From: Balanoglossus misakiensis
Taxonomy: Eukaryota; Animalia; Hemichordata
Reading direction: 5' to 3'
Assembly: GCA_040954595.2 (NCBI GenBank)
Contig: CM082582.2
Span: 13,937,381-14,001,380, forward strand
Length of the DNA stretch: 64,000 nt
Part shown: piece after piece, positions 54,089-64,000 of the stretch
Position numbering within the stretch: the stretch's first letter is position 1
Layout: the number at the start of each line of letters is the position of its first letter
Program-made: the position numbers and the translations under genes
The notes under the pieces: model-generated
What the model was told of the DNA's origin: nothing
What the model saw: the letters and a program-made list of their open reading frames with translations, nothing else
Databases searched by the model: none

Positions 54089-54516
54089 GTTACGACCGGA
54101 AGTCGCCGGCAACTTGGCCCAGATTCACCGCGCCGTTACCACTGGAAGTCGCCGGCAACTTGGCCCTGATTAACCGCGCTGTTACGACCGGAAATCGCCG
54201 CAACTTGGCCCGGATTCACAGGAAGTCTCCGGCAACTTGGCCCAGATTCTTGCGCCGTTACGACCGGAAGTCGCCGGCAACTTGGCCCAGATTCACCGCA
54301 CCGTTACCACCGGAAGTCGCCGGCAACTTGGCCCTGATTCACCGCGCCGTTACGACCGGAAGTTGCCGCAACTTGGCCCGGATTCACAGGAAGTCTCCGG
54401 CAACTTGGCCCAGATTCTTGCGCCGTTACGACCGGAAGTCGCCGGCAACTTGGCCCAGATTCACCGCGCCGTTACGACCGGAAGTCGCCGGCAACTTGGC
54501 CCGGATTCACCACGCC
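54089..54516 (+). repeat. 428-bp cassette of 46-mer satellite (copy 1)
   Basis: Junctions ccccttc|gttacgacc and caccacgcc|aaccagatac; diagnostic ccctgatt and attcttgcgcc variants. Confidence 0.95.
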
Positions 54517-57500
54517 AACCAGATACCCAACCCCTTCGACCGCCAGGCTACGGCCGGAAGTGGAGGCCAACCTGATACCCAACCCCTTCGACCGCCAGGC
54601 TACGGCCGGAAGTGGAGGCCAACCTGATACCCAACCCCTTCGACCGCCAGGCTACGGCCGGAAGTGGAGGCCAACCTGATACCCAACCCCTTCGACCGCC
54701 AGGCTACGGCCGGAAGTGGAGGCCAACCTGATACCCAACCCCTTCGACCGCCAGGCTACGGCCGGAAGTGGAGGCCAACCTGATACCCAACCCCTTCGAC
54801 CGCCAGGCTACGGCCGGAAGTGGAGGCCAACCTGATACCCAACCCCTTCGACCGCCAGGCTACGGCCGGAAGTGGAGGCCAACCTGATACCCAACCCCTT
54901 CGACCGCCAGGCTACGGCCGGAAGTGGAGGCCAACCTGATACCCAACCCCTTCGACCGCCAGGCTACGGCCGGAAGTGGAGGCCAACCTGATACCCAACC
55001 CCTTCGACCGCCAGGCTACGGCCGGAAGCGGAGGCCAACCTGATACCCAACCCCTTCGACCGCCAGGCTACGGCCGGAAGCGGAGGCCAACCTGATACCC
55101 AACCCCTTCGACCGCCAGGCTACGGCCGGAAGCGGAGGCCAACCTGATACCCAACCCCTTCGACCGCCAGGCTACGGCCGGAAGCGGAGGCCAACCTGAT
55201 ACCCAACCCCTTCGACCGCCAGGCTACGGCCGGAAGCGGAGGCCAACCTGATACCCAACCCCTTCGACCGCCAGGCTACGGCCGGAAGCGGAGGCCAACC
55301 TGATACCCAACCCCTTCGACCGCCAGGCTACGGCCGGAAGCGGAGGCCAACCTGATACCCAACCCCTTCGACCGCCAGGCTACGGCCGGAAGTGGAGGCC
55401 AACCTGATACCCAACCCCTTCGACCGCCAGGCTACGGCCGGAAGTGGAGGCCAACCTGATACCCAACCCCTTCGACCGCCAGGCTACGGCCGGAAGTGGA
55501 GGCCAACCTGATACCCAACCCCTTCGACCGCCAGGCTGCGGCCGGAAGTTGAGGCCAACCTGATACCCAACCCCTTCGACCGCCAGGCTGCGGCCGGAAG
55601 TTGAGGCCAACCTGATACCCAACCCCTTCGACCGCCAGGCTACGGCCGGAAGTGGAGGCCAACCTGATACCCAACCCCTTCGACCGCCAGGCTACGGCCG
55701 GAAGTGGAGGCCAACCTGATACCCAACCCCTTCGACCGCCAGGCTACGGCCGGAAGTGGAGGCCAACCTGATACCCAACCCCTTCGACCGCCAGGCTACG
55801 GCCGGAAGTGGAGGCCAACCTGATACCCAACCCCTTCGACCGCCAGGCTACGGCCGGAAGTGGAGGCCAACCTGATACCCAACCCCTTCGACCGCCAGGC
55901 TACGGCCGGAAGCGGAGGCCAACCTGATACCCAACCCCTTCGACCGCCAGGCTACGGCCTGAAGCGGAGGCCAACCTGATACCCAACCAGGCTACGGCCA
56001 GGCTACGGCCGGAAGCGGAGGCCAACCTGATACCCAACCCCTTCGACCGCCAGGCTACGGCCGGAAGCGGAGGCCAACCAGATACCCAACCCCTTCGACC
56101 GCCAGGCTACGGCCGGAAGCGGAGGCCAACCTGATACCCAACCCCTTCGACCGCCAGGCTACGGCCGGAAGCGGAGGCCAACCTGATACCCAACCCCTTC
56201 GACCGCCAGGCTACGGCCGGAAGCGGAGGCCAACCAGATACCCAACCCCTTCGACCGCCAGGCTACGGCCGGAAGCGGAGGCCAACCTGATACCCAACCC
56301 CTTCGACCGCCAGGCTACGGCCGGAAGCGGAGGCCAACCTGATACCCAACCCCTTCGACCGCCAGGCTACGGCCGGAAGCGGAGGCCAACCTGATACCCA
56401 ACCCCTTCGACCGCCAGGCTACGGCCGGAAGCGGAGGCCAACCTGATACCCAACCCCTTCGACCGCCAGGCTACGGCCGGAAGCGGAGGCCAACCTGATA
56501 CCCAACCCCTTCGACCGCCAGGCTACGGCCGGAAGCGGAGGCCAACCTGATACCCAACCCCTTCGACCGCCAGGCTACGGCCGGAAGCGGAGGCCAACCT
56601 GATACCCAACCCCTTCGACCGCCAGGCTACGGCCGGAAGCGGAGGCCAACCTGATACCCAACCCCTTCGACCGCCAGGCTACGGCCGGAAGCGGAGGCCA
56701 ACCTGATACCCAACCCCTTCGACCGCCAGGCTACGGCCGGAAGCGGAGGCCAACCTGATACCCAACCCCTTCGACCGCCAGGCTACGGCCGGAAGCGGAG
56801 GCCAACCTGATACCCAACCCCTTCGACCGCCAGGCTACGGCCGGAAGCGGAGGCCAACCTGATACCCAACCCCTTCGACCGCCAGGCTACGGCCGGAAGC
56901 GGAGGCCAACCTGATACCCAACCCCTTCGACCGCCAGGCTACGGCCGGAAGCGGAGGCCAACCTGATACCCAACCCCTTCGACCGCCAGGCTACGGCCGG
57001 AAGCGGAGGCCAACCTGATACCCAACCCCTTCGACCGCCAGGCTACGGCCGGAAGCGGAGGCCAACCAGATACCCAACCCCTTCGACCGCCAGGCTACGG
57101 CCGGAAGCGGAGGCCAACCTGATACCCAACCCCTTCGACCGCCAGGCTACGGCCGGAAGCGGAGGCCAACCTGATACCCAACCCCTTCGACCGCCAGGCT
57201 ACGGCCGGAAGCGGAGGCCAACCTGATACCCAACCCCTTCGACCGCCAGGCTACGGCCGGAAGCGGAGGCCAACCTGATACCCAACCCCTTCGACCGCCA
57301 GGCTACGGCCGGAAGCGGAGGCCAACCTGATACCCAACCCCTTCGACCGCCAGGCTACGGCCGGAAGCGGAGGCCAACCTGATACCCAACCCCTTCGACC
57401 GCCAGGCTACGGCCGGAAGCGGAGGCCAACCTGATACCCAACCCCTTCGACCGCCAGGCTACGGCCGGAAGCGGAGGCCAACCTGATACCCAACCCCTTC

Positions 57501-57604
57501 GACCGCCAGGCTACGGCCGGAAGCGGAGGCCAACCTGATACCCAACCCCTTCGACCGCCAGGCTACGGCCGGAAGCGGAGGCCAACCTGATACCCAACCC
57601 CTTC

Positions 57605-58032
57605 GTTACGACCGGAAGTCGCCGGCAACTTGGCCCAGATTCACCGCGCCGTTACCACTGGAAGTCGCCGGCAACTTGGCCCTGATTAACCGCGCTGTTA
57701 CGACCGGAAATCGCCGCAACTTGGCCCGGATTCACAGGAAGTCTCCGGCAACTTGGCCCAGATTCTTGCGCCGTTACGACCGGAAGTCGCCGGCAACTTG
57801 GCCCAGATTCACCGCACCGTTACCACCGGAAGTCGCCGGCAACTTGGCCCTGATTCACCGCGCCGTTACGACCGGAAGTTGCCGCAACTTGGCCCGGATT
57901 CACAGGAAGTCTCCGGCAACTTGGCCCAGATTCTTGCGCCGTTACGACCGGAAGTCGCCGGCAACTTGGCCCAGATTCACCGCGCCGTTACGACCGGAAG
58001 TCGCCGGCAACTTGGCCCGGATTCACCACGCC
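57605..58032 (+). repeat. 428-bp cassette of 46-mer satellite (copy 2)
   Basis: Same junctions and length. Confidence 0.95.
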
Positions 58033-61000
58033 AACCAGATACCCAACCCCTTCGACCGCCAGGCTACGGCCGGAAGTGGAGGCCAACCTGATACCCAACC
58101 CCTTCGACCGCCAGGCTACGGCCGGAAGTGGAGGCCAACCTGATACCCAACCCCTTCGACCGCCAGGCTACGGCCGGAAGTGGAGGCCAACCTGATACCC
58201 AACCCCTTCGACCGCCAGGCTACGGCCGGAAGTGGAGGCCAACCTGATACCCAACCCCTTCGACCGCCAGGCTACGGCCGGAAGTGGAGGCCAACCTGAT
58301 ACCCAACCCCTTCGACCGCCAGGCTACGGCCGGAAGTGGAGGCCAACCTGATACCCAACCCCTTCGACCGCCAGGCTACGGCCGGAAGTGGAGGCCAACC
58401 TGATACCCAACCCCTTCGACCGCCAGGCTACGGCCGGAAGTGGAGGCCAACCTGATACCCAACCCCTTCGACCGCCAGGCTACGGCCGGAAGCGGAGGCC
58501 AACCTGATACCCAACCCCTTCGACCGCCAGGCTACGGCCGGAAGCGGAGGCCAACCTGATACCCAACCCCTTCGACCGCCAGGCTACGGCCGGAAGCGGA
58601 GGCCAACCTGATACCCAACCCCTTCGACCGCCAGGCTACGGCCGGAAGCGGAGGCCAACCTGATACCCAACCCCTTCGACCGCCAGGCTACGGCCGGAAG
58701 CGGAGGCCAACCTGATACCCAACCCCTTCGACCGCCAGGCTACGGCCGGAAGCGGAGGCCAACCTGATACCCAACCCCTTCGACCGCCAGGCTACGGCCG
58801 GAAGCGGAGGCCAACCTGATACCCAACCCCTTCGACCGCCAGGCTACGGCCGGAAGCGGAGGCCAACCTGATACCCAACCCCTTCGACCGCCAGGCTACG
58901 GCCGGAAGTGGAGGCCAACCTGATACCCAACCCCTTCGACCGCCAGGCTACGGCCGGAAGTGGAGGCCAACCTGATACCCAACCCCTTCGACCGCCAGGC
59001 TACGGCCGGAAGTGGAGGCCAACCTGATACCCAACCCCTTCGACCGCCAGGCTGCGGCCGGAAGTGGAGGCCAACCTGATACCCAACCCCTTCGACCGCC
59101 AGGCTGCGGCCGGAAGTGGAGGCCACCTGATACCCAACCCCTTCGACCGCCAGGCTACGGCCGGAAGTGGAGGCCAACCTGATACCCAACCCCTTCGACC
59201 GCCAGGCTACGGCCGGAGTGGAGGCCAACCTGATACCCAACCCCTTCGACCGCCAGGCTACGGCCGGAAGTGGAGGTCAACCTGATACCCAACCCCTTCG
59301 ACCGCCAGGCTACGGCCGGAAGTGGAGGCCAACCTGATACCCAACCCCTTCGACCGCCAGGCTACGGCCGGAAGTGGAGGCCAACCTGATACCCAACCCC
59401 TTCGACCGCCAGGCTACGGCCGGAAGCGGAGGCCAACCTGATACCCAACCCCTTCGACCGCCAGGCTACGGCCTGAAGCGGAGGCCAACCTGATACCCAA
59501 CCAGGCTACGGCCAGGCTACGGCCGGAAGCGGAGGCCAACCTGATACCCAACCCCTTCGACCGCCAGGCTACGGCCGGAAGTGGAGGCCAACCTGATACC
59601 CAACCCCTTCGACCGCCAGGCTACGGCCGGAAGTGGAGGCCAACCTGATACCCAACCCCTTCGACCGCCAGGCTGCGGCCGGAAGTTGAGGCCAACCTGA
59701 TACCCAACCCCTTCGACCGCCAGGCTGCGGCCGGAAGTGGAGGCCAACCTGATACCCAACCCCTTCGACCGCCAGGCTACGGCCGGAAGTGGAGGCCAAC
59801 CTGATACCCAACCCCTTCGACCGCCAGGCTACGGCCGGAAGTGGAGGCCAACCTGATACCCAACCCCTTCGACCGCCAGGCTACGGCCGGAAGTGGAGGC
59901 CAACCTGATACCCAACCCCTTCGACCGCCAGGCTACGGCCGGAAGTGGAGGCCAACCTGATACCCAACCCCTTCGACCGCCAGGCTACGGCCGGAAGTGG
60001 AGGCCAACCTGATACCCAACCCCTTCGACCGCCAGGCTACGGCCGGAAGCGGAGGCCAACCTGATACCCAACCCCTTCGACCGCCAGGCTACGGCCTGAA
60101 GCGGAGGCCAACCTGATACCCAACCAGGCTACGGCCAGGCTACGGCCGGAAGCGGAGGCCAACCTGATACCCAACCCCTTCGACCGCCAGGCTACGGCCG
60201 GAAGCGGAGGCCAACCAGATACCCAACCCCTTCGACCGCCAGGCTACGGCCGGAAGCGGAGGCCAACCTGATACCCAACCCCTTCGACCGCCAGGCTACG
60301 GCCGGAAGCGGAGGCCAACCTGATACCCAACCCCTTCGACCGCCAGGCTACGGCCGGAAGCGGAGGCCAACCAGATACCCAACCCCTTCGACCGCCAGGC
60401 TACGGCCGGAAGCGGAGGCCAACCTGATACCCAACCCCTTCGACCGCCAGGCTACGGCCGGAAGCGGAGGCCAACCTGATACCCAACCCCTTCGACCGCC
60501 AGGCTACTGCCGGGAAGCGGAGGCCAACCTGATACCCAACCCCTTCGACCGCCAGGCTACGGCCGGAAGCGGAGGCCAACCTGATACCCAACCCCTTCGA
60601 CCGCCAGGCTACGGCCGGAAGCGGAGGCCAACCTGATACCCAACCCCTTCGACCGCCAGGCTACGGCCGGAAGCGGAGGCCAACCTGATACCCAACCCCT
60701 TCGACCGCCAGGCTACGGCCGGAAGCGGAGGCCAACCTGATACCCAACCCCTTCGACCGCCAGGCTACGGCCGGAAGCGGAGGCCAACCTGATACCCAAC
60801 CCCTTCGACCGCCAGGCTACGGCCGGAAGCGGAGGCCAACCTGATACCCAACCCCTTCGACCGCCAGGCTACGGCCGGAAGCGGAGGCCAACCTGATACC
60901 CAACCCCTTCGACCGCCAGGCTACGGCCGGAAGCGGAGGCCAACCTGATACCCAACCCCTTCGACCGCCAGGCTACGGCCGGAAGCGGAGGCCAACCTGA

Positions 61001-61170
61001 TACCCAACCCCTTCGACCGCCAGGCTACGGCCGGAAGCGGAGGCCAACCTGATACCCAACCCCTTCGACCGCCAGGCTACGGCCGGAAGCGGAGGCCAAC
61101 CTGATACCCAACCCCTTCGACCGCCAGGCTACGGCCGGAAGCGGAGGCCAACCTGATACCCAACCCCTTC

Positions 61171-61598
61171 GTTACGACCGGAAGTCGCCGGCAACTTGGC
61201 CCAGATTCACCGCGCCGTTACCACCGGAAGTCGCCGGCAACTTGGCCCTGATTCACCGCCATGTTACGACCGGAAGTCGCCGCAACTTGGCCCGGATTCA
61301 CAGGAAGTCTCCGGCAACTTGGCCCAGATTCTTGCGCCGTTACGACCGGAAGTCGCCGGCAACTTGGCCCAGATTCACCGCACCGTTACCACCGGAAGTC
61401 GCCGGCAACTTGGCCCTGATTTACCGCGCCGTTACGACCGGAAGTTGCCGCAACTTGGCCCGGATTCACAGGAAGTCTCCGGCAACTTGGCCCAGATTCT
61501 TGCGCCGTTACGACCGGAAGTCGCCGGCAACTTGGCCCAGATTCACCGCGCCGTTACGACCGGAAGTCGCCGGCAACTTGGCCCGGATTCACCACGCC
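61171..61598 (+). repeat. 428-bp cassette of 46-mer satellite (copy 3)
   Basis: Same junctions and length. Confidence 0.95.
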
Positions 61599-62295
61599 AA
61601 CCAGATACCCAACCCCTTCGACCGCCAGGCTACGGCCGGAAGTGGAGGCCAACCTGATACCCAACCCCTTCGACCGCCAGGCTACGGCCGGAAGTGGAGG
61701 CCAACCAGATACCCAACCCCTTCGACCGCCAGGCTACGGCCGGAAGTGGAGGCCAACCAGATACCCAACCCCTTCGACCGCCAGGCTACGGCCGGAAGTG
61801 GAGGCCAACCTGATACCCAACCCCTTCGACCGCCAGGCTACGGCCGGAAGTGGAGGCCAACCTGATACCCAACCCCTTCGACCGCCAGGCTACGGCCGGA
61901 AGCGGAGGCCAACCTGATACCCAACCCCTTCGACCGCCAGGCTACGGCCGGAAGCGGAGGCCAACCTGATACCCAACCCCTTCGACCGCCAGGCTACGGC
62001 CGGAAGCGGAGGCCAACCTGATACCCAACCCCTTCGACCGCCAGGCTACGGCCGGAAGCGGAGGCCAACCTGATACCCAACCCCTTCGACCGCCAGGCTA
62101 CGGCCGGAAGCGGAGGCCAACCTGATACCCAACCCCTTCGACCGCCAGGCTACGGCCGGAAGCGGAGGCCAACCTGATACCCAACCCCTTCGACCGCCAG
62201 GCTACGGCCGGAAGCGGAGGCCAACCTGATACCCAACCCCTTCGACCGCCAGGCTACGGCCGGAAGTGGAGGCCAACCTGATACCCAACCCCTTC

Positions 62296-62723
62296 GTTAC
62301 GACCGGAAGTCGCCGGCAACTTGGCCCAGATTCACCGCGCCGTTACCACTGGAAGTCGCCGGCAACTTGGCCCTGATTCACCGCGCTGTTACGACCGGAA
62401 GTCGCCGCAACTTGGCCCGGATTCACAGGAATTCTCCGGCAACTTGGCCCAGATTCTTGCGCCGTTACGACCGGAAGTCGCCGGCAACTTGGCCCAGATT
62501 CACCGCACCGTTACCACCGGAAGTCGCCGGCAACTTGGCCCTGATTCACCGCGCCGTTACGACCGGAAGTTGCCGCAACTTGGCCCGGATTCACAGGAAG
62601 TCTCCGGCAACTTGGCCCAGATTCTTGCGCCGTTACGACCGGAAGTCGCCGGCAACTTGGCCCAGATTCACCGCGCCGTTACGACCGGAAGTCGCCGGCA
62701 ACTTGGCCCGGATTCACCACGCC
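62296..62723 (+). repeat. 428-bp cassette of 46-mer satellite (copy 4)
   Basis: Same junctions and length. Confidence 0.95.
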
Positions 62724-63472
62724 AACCAGATACCCAACCCCTTCGACCGCCAGGCTACGGCCGGAAGTGGAGGCCAACCTGATACCCAACCCCTTCGACC
62801 GCCAGGCTACGGCCGGAAGTGGAGGCCAACCTGATACCCAACCCCTTCGACCGCCAGGCTACGGCCGGAAGTGGAGGCCAACCTGATACCCAACCCCTTC
62901 GACCGCCAGGCTACGGCCGGAAGTGGAGGCCAACCTGATACCCAACCCCTTCGACCGCCAGGCTACGGCCGGAAGTGGAGGCCAACCTGATACCCAACCC
63001 CTTCGACCGCCAGGCTACGGCCGGAAGTGGAGGCCAACCTGATACCCAACCCCTTCGACCGCCAGGCTACGGCCGGAAGCGGAGGCCAACCTGATACCCA
63101 ACCCCTTCGACCGCCAGGCTACGGCCGGAAGCGGAGGCCAACCTGATACCCAACCCCTTCGACCGCCAGGCTACGGCCGGAAGCGGAGGCCAACCTGATA
63201 CCCAACCCCTTCGACCGCCAGGCTACGGCCGGAAGCGGAGGCCAACCTGATACCCAACCCCTTCGACCGCCAGGCTACGGCCGGAAGCGGAGGCCAACCT
63301 GATACCCAACCCCTTCGACCGCCAGGCTACGGCCGGAAGCGGAGGCCAACCTGATACCCAACCCCTTCGACCGCCAGGCTACGGCCGGAAGCGGAGGCCA
63401 ACCTGATACCCAACCCCTTCGACCGCCAGGCTACGGCCGGAAGTGGAGGCCAACCTGATACCCAACCCCTTC

Positions 63473-63900
63473 GTTACGACCGGAAGTCGCCGGCAACTTG
63501 GCCCAGATTCACCGCGCCGTTACCACTGGAAGTCGCCGGCAACTTGGCCCTGATTCACCGCGCTGTTACGACCGGAAGTCGCCGCAACTTGGCCCGGATT
63601 CACAGGAAGTCTCCGGCAACTTGGCCCAGATTCTTGCGCCGTTACGACCGGAAGTCGCCGGCAACTTGGCCCAGATTCACCGCACCGTTACCACCGGAAG
63701 TCGCCGGCAACTTGGCCCTGATTCACCGCGCCGTTACGACCGGAAGTTGCCGCAACTTGGCCCGGATTCACAGGAAGTCTCCGGCAACTTGGCCCAGATT
63801 CTTGCGCCGTTACGACCGGAAGTCGCCGGCAACTTGGCCCAGATTCACCGCGCCGTTACGACCGGAAGTCGCCGGCAACTTGGCCCGGATTCACCACGCC
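63473..63900 (+). repeat. 428-bp cassette of 46-mer satellite (copy 5)
   Basis: Same junctions and length. Confidence 0.95.
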
Positions 63901-64000
63901 AACCAGATACCCAACCCCTTCGACCGCCAGGCTACGGCCGGAAGTGGAGGCCAACCTGATACCCAACCCCTTCGACCGCCAGGCTACGGCCGGAAGTGGA

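Larger units (their letters stand above)
52040..64000 (+). repeat. 52-bp satellite GATACCCAACCCCTTCGACCGCCAGGCTACGGCCGGAAG[T/C]GGAGGCCAACCT in blocks separated by 46-mer cassettes
   Basis: Highly homogeneous blocks 52040-54088, 54517-57604, 58033-61170, 61599-62295, 62724-63472 and 63901-end. Confidence 0.99.

Noticed and set aside
11306-64000. Numerous long plus-strand ORFs (up to 1002 aa; AQIHRAVTTGSRRQLGPDSPRR...)
   Set aside because: The consensus 46-mer has no stop on +, so all three frames stay open. Monomer lengths 46 and 32 shift frame constantly, and most starts are TTG.
11467-64000. CRISPR-like short-period array
   Set aside because: No unique spacers, no cas genes, eukaryotic context.
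11467-64000. rDNA intergenic-spacer subrepeats or integrated herpesvirus telomeric repeats
   Set aside because: No rRNA or viral coding sequence in the window; cannot be supported here.

Overview
Eukaryotic (metazoan, TTAGGG-type telomere motif) DNA spanning the boundary between an AT-rich repeat-laden flank (1-11466) and a GC/CpG-rich satellite domain (11467-64000, still running at the window end). The flank holds a LINE reverse-transcriptase fragment, inverted (TACA)n/(TATG)n tracts inside a foldback-like structure, a small hairpin-ended insertion, a 281-bp tandem array, a diverged duplication, a degenerate (CCCTAA)n tract, a 21-bp minisatellite, and two minus-strand exons resembling HERC1 that the ORF track misses and the satellite cuts off. 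The satellite domain is a ~40.5-kb array of a 46-bp monomer (45- and 32-bp variants) with layered higher-order repeats (450-bp 11-mer, 692-bp 16-mer) and five same-register (TAACCC)n inserts. It is followed by a related, more homogeneous 52-bp satellite interrupted repeatedly by a 428-bp cassette of the 46-mer. Nearly all listed ORFs are repeat artefacts. There is no intact gene, RNA gene or CRISPR array. A centromeric or subtelomeric location is an inference; protein-family calls are from recall, not database searches.
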